Below, piece after piece: positions 9,227 through 17,431 of a stretch of 64,000 bases of DNA; position 1 is the first letter of the stretch, and the number at the start of each line of letters is the position of its first letter. The translations under genes and the position numbers were made by a program. This DNA is from a virus (Duplodnaviria; Caudoviricetes): IMG/VR virus record IMGVR_UViG_3300043726_000004, positions 37,819 to 101,818 of that record; one strand, given 5' to 3'. The notes under the pieces are model-generated. The model was given only the letters and a program-made list of their open reading frames with translations, did not search any database and was not told the DNA's origin.

Positions 9227-9609
9227 TTCCGAACGTTGGTAAGGCGATCATCAGTGGTCGCATGATTGGTGCTACTCCGACCCAAGCTGAACCACACTTC
9301 ATCGGTTGGGGAACTGGTGCAGGTGCCGGTGCTGCAACCTCGACCGACTTGAGCACGCCGGCTGCAGAAGCCCGTGCAAACGGTGTGTCGTCCCAGTTTA
9401 CGACTACGGTCACGAACGACACCCACCAAATCGTCGGTACGATCACCGCCACAGGTGCCAAAACCATTACCAACGTCGGCGTGTTCGACGCAGTTGGTTC
9501 AGGCTCGCCCCCGGCTGGTGGCGTCCTGTACGCAATCTTCGACGGTCTGAGCCAGGCTCTCAACTCAGGCGACTCGATCCAGTTTACCGCCAGGGTGCAG
9601 TTCACATAG
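9214..9609 (+). CDS. stand-alone tail-collar-fibre-like (DUF3751-like) beta protein
   Basis: G...IGWGTG...TDL...EAR...ITNVGVFDA...GGVL pattern; AAGGAG RBS. Confidence 0.65.
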   Translation: MASLVPNVGKAIISGRMIGATPTQAEPHFIGWGTGAGAGAATSTDLSTPAAEARANGVSSQFTTTVTNDTHQIVGTITATGAKTITNVGVFDAVGSGSPPAGGVLYAIFDGLSQALNSGDSIQFTARVQFT

Positions 9610-9627
9610 CCCGAGGTCGAACCCTCC

Positions 9628-11703
9628 ATGGTAATGCAGGAGGTACTGCCAGGTAACGGCCTGGTTAGTACACTCAATGGCGCTATAACAGCCGCTGCAA
9701 CCACACTCGCAATCCAGGCGGCGGACGCGGCGAAATGGCCGAGCTCGGGGCTGTACCGTGCTGTCCTGTTTCAGGATGCCACCAATGGGCCGTGGGAGCT
9801 TGTTCGTGTTACTGGCGGTCAAGGTACTGCGACTCTAACGGTCACTCGAGCCGTCGAACCTTACAATGGGGTCCAGACGGCCCTTGCCTGGCCCAGTGGC
9901 ACCAGCATCTCCGCTATCATCACGCACGATGGCCTAGCGCTCGTCGCCGGGCCGCAGGTTGCCATTCTGGTCTATGAGGCCACAGGTGTCACTGGTTCGA
10001 CAGTAACGTTACCTCAAACACCTCTGTCCGGCGGCATATTGACGGTTGCTGTCAACGGTCAAATCCAGCAGACGCCAAGTGACTATACGGTCTCTGGTGC
10101 CACGGTCACGTTCGTGGTTCCTCTCTCCGCGGACAGCATCCACATCGAGTACCAGGTCAGTCCGTACAACCCCAGCGTCGTTGCGTCCCACTACGAAACG
10201 ACCCTCGGTGTAGGCCAGAACACAATCACGTTACCCGTAGCACCGATTGGCTACCCACTGATCACTCGCGATGGTGTTGCTCAGTACCAGTCAGCGGGCC
10301 ACTACTCCTTGTCCGGTGCCGTCATCACATTTGCCGAACCAATAGCCACTGGTGAAGGTGGACGCATTAGCGTCGACTACACTGCAGGTGGCATCGCTGC
10401 ACCGCCTAACGCTTCTACGGTAAACTTCTTCCCTGCTGTTGCTGCCGTCTCTGCGGCACCAAACTCGTTGGTCGCGACTGATGCCAACGGTAAACTGCCT
10501 GCGTCGGTACTCCCAGCGCAGAACACCGTTTACCACGAAGAATTCTTGCCTGCTGCAGGTATCACGACCGTTACGCTAAGTCAGACGCCTGCTGTTGTCC
10601 TGGACGTGTTTCGTGACGGTGTTGCACAGTCCGTTAGCGATGGGCACTATTCCGTCTCGGGTGCTGTAATCACGTTCACTGACGCCTTGGACGGTAGTAG
10701 TCGCGTCCTAGTCACTTATGTCATTGGACTTGCCGTTGGCGCTGCAAGCACTGTCGGTGGCTTTGCCGCCTATGCAGGTTCCTCTGTACCAGTTCCGAAT
10801 GCGCTCGTCGCTACTGGCTCAGACAGCAAGTACAATAACCGCCTAATCGACGCCTATAGGAACCTGCTGACCAACGGTGGGTTCGAGTTATGGCAGCGAG
10901 GTACGGGTCCGTACACGGCCCACCTTGCATACGGACCTGATCGGTGGCGTATCGCACTCACAGGTACGGATACCTTGTCGGTAAGCAGAAGTACCACAGC
11001 AGACACTGTGTTCGGAAGTCAGTATTCGGCAGCTTGCACATTCGTACTGGGCACAGGTGCCGGTAACACGAACCTCCAACAGTACTTCACTACTGTCGAC
11101 AACGCTCAGACGTACAACCGAGCAATGATGTTCTCGGTACGAGTTCAAACGTCTACGCCTAACGCAGTTCGACTAGGTTACTACAACGGCTCGGCATGGG
11201 TGTACGGTACCCAATATCACACCGGTGACGGCACCTGGCAAACGCTGGTTCTGACTATACCGGCACTCGCGATAACCACGCAATACGTCGCAGTCGTGTT
11301 CGCTGCGTCTTGTACGGCATACGTCGACAGCGCCATGCTGATTGTTGGAACCACGTATGCGGACTTCTATCCATGGCCGCCGGCAGTGGACCTTACCATT
11401 TGTCAGCGGTACTACGAAGAGGTAGGTCCTGCAAACAGCGGCACCCTCATATTACGTACCGCGAACCCTACGGCTGCCACATACTATGCAGATACGGTTC
11501 TACGTTGGGCAGTAAGGAAGCCTGCTTCTCCCACGCTCACTAAGAACGGTACTTGGTCCGCTAATAACTGTACACAGCCGTCGACGGCGAATCTAAGCGT
11601 TGATGGCGCTCGCATGGAAGGCTCCACTGGACCAGCTGCTGGAGACTCCTACGTCTACAATGCCGGTACGGGCTGCAACCTCGTCGTGGAGGCTAATCCC
11701 TAG
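9628..11703 (+). CDS. fibre/adhesin protein with Ig-like repeats and a C-terminal CBM-like module
   Basis: Paralogous to the tail fibre at 32044..34860; NLLTNGGFELWQRG...VEANP. Confidence 0.8.
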   Translation: MVMQEVLPGNGLVSTLNGAITAAATTLAIQAADAAKWPSSGLYRAVLFQDATNGPWELVRVTGGQGTATLTVTRAVEPYNGVQTALAWPSGTSISAIITHDGLALVAGPQVAILVYEATGVTGSTVTLPQTPLSGGILTVAVNGQIQQTPSDYTVSGATVTFVVPLSADSIHIEYQVSPYNPSVVASHYETTLGVGQNTITLPVAPIGYPLITRDGVAQYQSAGHYSLSGAVITFAEPIATGEGGRISVDYTAGGIAAPPNASTVNFFPAVAAVSAAPNSLVATDANGKLPASVLPAQNTVYHEEFLPAAGITTVTLSQTPAVVLDVFRDGVAQSVSDGHYSVSGAVITFTDALDGSSRVLVTYVIGLAVGAASTVGGFAAYAGSSVPVPNALVATGSDSKYNNRLIDAYRNLLTNGGFELWQRGTGPYTAHLAYGPDRWRIALTGTDTLSVSRSTTADTVFGSQYSAACTFVLGTGAGNTNLQQYFTTVDNAQTYNRAMMFSVRVQTSTPNAVRLGYYNGSAWVYGTQYHTGDGTWQTLVLTIPALAITTQYVAVVFAASCTAYVDSAMLIVGTTYADFYPWPPAVDLTICQRYYEEVGPANSGTLILRTANPTAATYYADTVLRWAVRKPASPTLTKNGTWSANNCTQPSTANLSVDGARMEGSTGPAAGDSYVYNAGTGCNLVVEANP

Positions 11704-11712
11704 CAGACTGTC

Positions 11713-14700
11713 ATGCCGTTTCCTGGAAGTACAGGCCTACTTGGCACACCATTCAGCCAACCAGGGAGAGTACTCCTTGGTACGCCGTTTGTTCCTGCCA
11801 TTAGGACCTTCCAGCTAACGGTTACCACAAGTACGGTCACCAGTGCAGCAGCCCGTAAACAGGTAAATCTACCCCGTGCCGTCGCTCAGGCTCAGTTCCT
11901 TGTCGGTGTCCGCAGTATAGGTACTCTCCGCTCTGTGTCACAAACGCAGACCCTGATACTGGCCAAACAAGTACGACCCATCAGAACCGTCCCACAGACA
12001 CAAGCTCTGGCACTGCCTAAGGGCGTCAGCCTGGCACGTGCAGTAACTCAAAGTCAGTCTGCCACTGGTTCCCGAGTCGCATCGTTCTTCCGAACGGTTA
12101 CATCAACCCAGTCACAAGCGCTAGCACTCCAACGTGCTGTCAACCTAATCAGGACAATTGCCGAGCCGCAGAGCAATGCCATCCTTCGCACTGCCAGCTT
12201 CCTTCGCACCGTAACAACGACACAGGCTCAGGTAGTAACCAACCCGAAGCAAGTACGACTGACCAGAGTTCTCACCGAAGGTCAATCCCTAGTTGTTATC
12301 CGTGCAACGTCCCTCTTCCGGAGTGTAACGCAGGGCCAAGCAATTTCCGGCAACAAGTCGGCAATCGAGATCCGTGGTGTTACACAAGGCCAAAGCGTCA
12401 GTCTAGGCAAGAAACCATTTCTGGTCGGAGCCGTAACACAAGGACAGACTTTGTCCGTCGGTCTTATCAGGGCGTACTTGCGGACGGTGACAGCCAGCCA
12501 GGGATCTGCAGTTGCCGCCGCGAAGCAGATTTACGCCCTACGACTAGCGGCTCAAACCCAGACGGCAACGTTGTCCCGCGCTGCGACCCTTTTACGTACC
12601 GTAGCAGCCACGCAGGCTCAAACGGCGAGCCTCCGCAAGGTAGTGTCTCTACCTCGTACCATTAGTCAGGCTCAGAGTGCTGTAGTAACCCGACAACTTG
12701 CACTCCTGAGAACGGTCTCGGCTTCAATTACCGAGAACGTGGTCCTGAATCGTGCTGCTACGTTCCCCAAGGTAGGCGTAATCGCCCAAGCATCCACCCT
12801 AACCTTGGTTAGGTCGATATCCCTTTCGCGCTCCCTCAGCGAAGTTACCCAGGCTTCTCTAATTCGAGGGATCAGCCTGACTCGCGGACTTTTACAACCA
12901 CAAAACGCCACGATCGCGGCACCGCGCTCTCTCGTAAGGCTGGTGACAGCCGCGCAGGGGTCCGCCGTAACGGTCGCACTTCGCCAGTCGTTGTTCCGAT
13001 CAGTCATAGCCACTCAAACAATGGCGCTGACTATCGGTCAGAACGTCGCACTCCGAAGGACAGTAACCGAAGCGACTTCAATTGCCTTCGCTGCCGGTCG
13101 TCAGCTATACCGCACCGTCACTCTGACACAGGGTCAAGCAGTCGCCATGACGCGTATGGCGGCTCAGTCGATCATCCTGTCGACGACTCAGACCCAGACA
13201 GTAGTCCTACGGAAGGCTATCTCGGTTGCTAGGACGGTTCCCGAGACTCTCGCCGCCGGTGGAACGATTCAGGCGCGGCTCGCGAGAAGCATTACACAAG
13301 GCCAGAGTGCGGCATTCTCGTTCACTCGAGTCTTCGCACGTGCAGTAACAGTCGTTCAAGGACAGGGGGTAGCGCTAAACCGTGCAGCATCACTAACTCG
13401 GACGGTTACCCAGTCTCTGTCCCTGACACGAACTCTGGCAGTTTCAGTCACCAGAACGGTTGCACAGGCACAAACGTTCAGTGGGGCAGCCTCACGTGTC
13501 CTCATTCGGATTGTCACGGCAACACAGCCGCAATCCACCACGATCCGCCAGGCAACAACACTCACCCGCAACCTGTTCCAACCTCAGTCCGTTACGAGTC
13601 AACAACAAGTCCGGCTCACGCGTGTAATCGCACAGGCTCAACTTGCTGCCGGAATTGCACAGCGTGCGTACCTCAGAGTCCTGACGACCATAGGTCAAGG
13701 ACAAGCGGCCGCTCTCCAGAAGGGTATTACACTCAGCCGGTCCGTAACACAATCTCAATCTGCTACCGTACGACAACCGTTCCGTGCACTTAGCGGCACT
13801 GCGACCGTAGTAACGCAAGCAACGGTTCTCGCACCGAGAACAATGTCCCGTATAGTCACGACGTCTACGGCGACCGTAGCGACGTTAGGGACCAGACTAG
13901 GACTGCTACGCACTCTTGTTGCGACACAGACCCAGAATGTTGTAGTCGGCCAAGCAGCGAGACTAACGCGCGCAACCACCGAAGTCACTAAGGGCACACT
14001 CGGTGTAGGTCGCGTACTCTTCCGCATAGTAACTGCTACGCAGGGCCAGAGTCTCACGTTGACCTTCACGCGCTCGCTCTTGCGTACGGTTACCACGAAT
14101 CAGAACCAACTGCTCCGTCTGTCCAAGGCCATCAGCGTCAACGTCAGCACTACGGAGCAGATGTACCTGTTCATTCAGCGAACGACGCAGCTCCGACGTT
14201 CCGTAATTCAACCGTACAGTATCAGTCTCAACGTTGCTCGTACAGTACGTGTTTCGGCAACTGCGACAGTGTCCCAGGTCGCTTCACTGACGCTGCCGCT
14301 TCGCAGTATCAGTGTCAGAGCCACTCAGGCAACATCGGCGACCGGTGCGGCCGCCCGAAGGACACTGCGGACCGTTACGACGACTCAAAGTCAAGCGGTC
14401 TCATACGTAACGCACAGGATCGTTCCCGTCTACGGCAGAGCCACGATCGCGGTCAGCATAACACTAGGGCGTCAGATCACACTAACACGCGCCATCGTTC
14501 AGCTGCTCCAAGCACGCCTCAACCGTGCATCAACGATGCTCCTGACGCTGCAGGTTCCACCGCAGATCCTTCATATCGGTCGACGCACTACGGTAACGGT
14601 TTCTGCAATCCAACCTACTCTACTAGGACTTCTGAGAGGGCTTCGCCTCAGGCTGGCAGTCACACAGCCCGTCAAGGCGACGGTGGACGCGGAACGGATT

Positions 14701-14967
14701 TACAGGAACTTCTACATCACGGTCGGCGTCCAACAACGGACTTATGCCAGCGTCGAAACGTACATTCCCACTACGATCACGGTTGTATGGGACTCAAACC
14801 TTGGCACGTTCCGCTCGGTCGGTCCTTATACCCCGGTATTCTGGGCAAATGGCCAGTTCACAGACGACATGATCGCAGTCGACACACCATCGGTCGAGTG
14901 GGATACACAGCGGGAACAGTTTCAACCCATCGTCAATGCACAAACGACGTCGCAGGACCAAAACTAA
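11713..14967 (+). CDS. 1084-aa basic R/T/Q/V/S-rich tandem-repeat protein
   Basis: Long open frame of about 45-50 repeats of 18/20 aa, R-T-V-T-(xx)-Q-x-Q. Confidence 0.85.
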   Translation: MPFPGSTGLLGTPFSQPGRVLLGTPFVPAIRTFQLTVTTSTVTSAAARKQVNLPRAVAQAQFLVGVRSIGTLRSVSQTQTLILAKQVRPIRTVPQTQALALPKGVSLARAVTQSQSATGSRVASFFRTVTSTQSQALALQRAVNLIRTIAEPQSNAILRTASFLRTVTTTQAQVVTNPKQVRLTRVLTEGQSLVVIRATSLFRSVTQGQAISGNKSAIEIRGVTQGQSVSLGKKPFLVGAVTQGQTLSVGLIRAYLRTVTASQGSAVAAAKQIYALRLAAQTQTATLSRAATLLRTVAATQAQTASLRKVVSLPRTISQAQSAVVTRQLALLRTVSASITENVVLNRAATFPKVGVIAQASTLTLVRSISLSRSLSEVTQASLIRGISLTRGLLQPQNATIAAPRSLVRLVTAAQGSAVTVALRQSLFRSVIATQTMALTIGQNVALRRTVTEATSIAFAAGRQLYRTVTLTQGQAVAMTRMAAQSIILSTTQTQTVVLRKAISVARTVPETLAAGGTIQARLARSITQGQSAAFSFTRVFARAVTVVQGQGVALNRAASLTRTVTQSLSLTRTLAVSVTRTVAQAQTFSGAASRVLIRIVTATQPQSTTIRQATTLTRNLFQPQSVTSQQQVRLTRVIAQAQLAAGIAQRAYLRVLTTIGQGQAAALQKGITLSRSVTQSQSATVRQPFRALSGTATVVTQATVLAPRTMSRIVTTSTATVATLGTRLGLLRTLVATQTQNVVVGQAARLTRATTEVTKGTLGVGRVLFRIVTATQGQSLTLTFTRSLLRTVTTNQNQLLRLSKAISVNVSTTEQMYLFIQRTTQLRRSVIQPYSISLNVARTVRVSATATVSQVASLTLPLRSISVRATQATSATGAAARRTLRTVTTTQSQAVSYVTHRIVPVYGRATIAVSITLGRQITLTRAIVQLLQARLNRASTMLLTLQVPPQILHIGRRTTVTVSAIQPTLLGLLRGLRLRLAVTQPVKATVDAERIYRNFYITVGVQQRTYASVETYIPTTITVVWDSNLGTFRSVGPYTPVFWANGQFTDDMIAVDTPSVEWDTQREQFQPIVNAQTTSQDQN

Positions 14968-15005
14968 ATCTGCACTTGAGTTGACCCTGGCAACTATGAT
15001 AAAAT
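14968..15005 (+). promoter_or_regulatory. promoter of the folE-polA operon
   Basis: ATCTGCAC-TTGAGT-N18-TAAAAT with TG; motif shared with 58598 and 61459. Confidence 0.7.
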
Positions 15006-15037
15006 AGATATAGAACCACACGAAGGGGCCCAAGCCG

Positions 15038-15691
15038 ATGACTAATTCCTTTTCGAACCCAAGTCCTCAACAACTGGCGATGAGCGATACGACGGTAGTC
15101 AACGTAACAATCAAGACCCAGCGGGACGCAGTGTATCAGGCAGTGCAGGCCCTACTCAAGGCACTGCCTATCAACATGTCGGCAGAATCACAACGGGAGA
15201 CCCCTAGGCGGTTTACCGACTACCTGTTGGAATTCTGCAACCCTACGGACCCCATGGCGATCTTGAAGGAAGGGTTTGAGACGGGTGGTGGTGAAGGAGG
15301 AATGGTCATCCAGCAGAACATACCGCTTAGGGGGCTGTGTGAACATCACCTGGCACCCTTCTTCGGATATGCGCACATTGCTTACTTGCCTCGTGCGCGA
15401 CAGGTCGGTCTCAGTAAGATGGCTAGGTTGGTTGACGCTATCGGTACTTGTGCGCCATCGATGCAAGAGCACATGTCCGATCACATCGCCGACATCCTCA
15501 ATCGTGGTCTTGAACCTAACGGTGTTATGGTAGTTACTGAGGCGATTCACACATGTATGTCAGTCCGTGGAGTTCACGCGCCAGGTGTGATTACGACCGC
15601 TAGCGCGTTGCGTGGCATCTTTCTCACGAACCCGGCTGCTAAGTCAGAAGCGCTGGCGCTCATGTCGTCTCGACGGATACCGACCATCTAA
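15038..15691 (+). CDS. folE: GTP cyclohydrolase I
   Basis: ETPRR, CEHHLAPFFG, GLSKMAR, QE, HTCMSVRG. Confidence 0.95.
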   Translation: MTNSFSNPSPQQLAMSDTTVVNVTIKTQRDAVYQAVQALLKALPINMSAESQRETPRRFTDYLLEFCNPTDPMAILKEGFETGGGEGGMVIQQNIPLRGLCEHHLAPFFGYAHIAYLPRARQVGLSKMARLVDAIGTCAPSMQEHMSDHIADILNRGLEPNGVMVVTEAIHTCMSVRGVHAPGVITTASALRGIFLTNPAAKSEALALMSSRRIPTI

Positions 15692-15939
15692 TGTCGGCGA
15701 TGCAGGTCAACGGTACGGAATGGGTACCTGTGGAATGTCCGGTCTGCAAGGGCGTATTCATTCTGCTGCGTCGCGGAACCAACCTGAAACAGGTCGAATC
15801 ACGAAACCTTAGGCACAAGGACGGGACAAGCGTGCAAAGAAACGAGGTACGCCGATGTGATACATGTGGCGTTACAGGACTTCCAACGTCAGGCATTATT
15901 CTGCTCATCATCGGTACAGCACAGAGGGCGGTTGCGTAG
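15691..15939 (+). CDS. zinc-ribbon protein
   Basis: CPVC...CDTC; TAATG coupling. Confidence 0.6.
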   Translation: MSAMQVNGTEWVPVECPVCKGVFILLRRGTNLKQVESRNLRHKDGTSVQRNEVRRCDTCGVTGLPTSGIILLIIGTAQRAVA

Positions 15940-16566
15940 GTGCCAATTGTCATCTTCGCGGGCATTGACGGTGTAGGTAAGACTCCTCTGATCGACCTTC
16001 TCCAAGAACGAAACAAGCCTCTCGTACGGACGCATGTAGTGGTCAGAGACCCTAGTATTGCTAAGACTGCACCAGGAAGTACTTTACTGGCGGCGGCTGA
16101 GCAAATCCGACAGTGGGGAAGGATGTCGCAATCCAACTTCCTTCACCTGTATGACAGGTTTCCGTACCCCGACGAGTTCGTGTACGGACCACTGTTCGGC
16201 GGAAGCGCCATACGAGAGCTGGACCTCGACGTGTGGGATAGTATAGTTGAGTCTCACGGTATCAAGTTCGTGTACGTACAGCCGGAAGGTTGGTCCGCCG
16301 GAAAGGGTGGCAACCTTGAGAAGTACTGTACACGGATGGCTGCAGACCTCGACCCGCATGTGAGCGTTCACAACGGTAACGTGGCGCAAGGCATTCTCGA
16401 ACGGTATGACTACATACGCGAGAGGTCTTCAGTGCCATGGTTGTTACTGAACTACAAGTGGTTCACGAACAGCGACGCGTCCAAGGTCCTCAAGTGGATC
16501 TGGCAGCCGCGCCACCGGGATGTGGGTGTCCTTTCCACCAACAAGGGGGTGTTGTCCGAATGTTAG
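15940..16566 (+). CDS. thymidylate-kinase-like nucleoside monophosphate kinase
   Basis: P-loop GIDGVGKT; YDRF...VYG. Confidence 0.8.
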   Translation: MPIVIFAGIDGVGKTPLIDLLQERNKPLVRTHVVVRDPSIAKTAPGSTLLAAAEQIRQWGRMSQSNFLHLYDRFPYPDEFVYGPLFGGSAIRELDLDVWDSIVESHGIKFVYVQPEGWSAGKGGNLEKYCTRMAADLDPHVSVHNGNVAQGILERYDYIRERSSVPWLLLNYKWFTNSDASKVLKWIWQPRHRDVGVLSTNKGVLSEC

Positions 16567-17423
16567 ATGCAGGTCCCGATGGAAGGCCTGAGAACTGGAT
16601 TTACACGCGTATCAAGCACCAGTTCAGTGCGGTTGCGCCGATAGGTCTTATGGAAGACATGAACGACTTCGGCCTGATGGGCACGTATCACTTGCTCATT
16701 GCCGATAAGGTCCTAGGCGATCAGCGTCGTTGGCACGAACTGTTTGCCGAACGACGCCAACAAGGCCTTCATGACTACATCATGATGGACAACAGTCTGA
16801 TCGAGTTAGGACATCCTTTACCCGCACCGGACTTGGTGAGGGCTGTAGAGATCGTTCGTGCGAACACGTTAGTACTGCCAGATAGCTACGGCAACGCGCC
16901 GGAAACTTTGGAACGATCGGTCAACGGCGCCTACGAAATGTGGGACATCCTACCGGATTACTGTTCGTTCCAGCTCGTAGTGCAAGGCCAAACACTGGAG
17001 GAGGCACTACGCCTGGTCGAAGAGATGAAGCTGTGGTCGCCGGAAGGAGCCGACGGCCAGTCAGTATTCGATCGCATTACCCACCTGTCAGTACCACGCG
17101 TCTTCTGCGACACAACCGGAAGCCGTAAACCGCTGATCAAGGAACTGTATCGCAGATACGGGCTGCCGATACACCTTCTAGGGTTCAGCGAGAACGTTGT
17201 CGACGACATTGAATCCGCGAAGATGTTAGGTGTGACAGGTCTGGACAGTGCAATGCCTTTGTGGGCAGGAATGCTACAGCTGGATCTGAACCACGAACCT
17301 CACAACCCTGTTGTCGGCAGGAGACGACCACGCGACTACTGGATGTGGGGCAAAGGTGACTGGTCGCCAGAGATGACGATCAACTTGTTCCGAGTCAACC
17401 AGTGGCTCGGTAATAACCTGTAA
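16560..17423 (+). CDS. TGT-fold guanine transglycosylase (DpdA-like)
   Basis: Ordered motifs MDNS..ELG, LPD, VVQG, HLLG, GLDS match the TGT barrel; que/folE context. Confidence 0.65.
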   Translation: MLDAGPDGRPENWIYTRIKHQFSAVAPIGLMEDMNDFGLMGTYHLLIADKVLGDQRRWHELFAERRQQGLHDYIMMDNSLIELGHPLPAPDLVRAVEIVRANTLVLPDSYGNAPETLERSVNGAYEMWDILPDYCSFQLVVQGQTLEEALRLVEEMKLWSPEGADGQSVFDRITHLSVPRVFCDTTGSRKPLIKELYRRYGLPIHLLGFSENVVDDIESAKMLGVTGLDSAMPLWAGMLQLDLNHEPHNPVVGRRRPRDYWMWGKGDWSPEMTINLFRVNQWLGNNL

Positions 17424-17431
17424 CTGGAATC

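Noticed and set aside
12481-12503. Extra AGCCAGCCAG-like matches in coding DNA (also about 36380 and 63400)
   Set aside because: Explained by codons (ASQ, QPASQ, PSQP); the upstream half is imperfect
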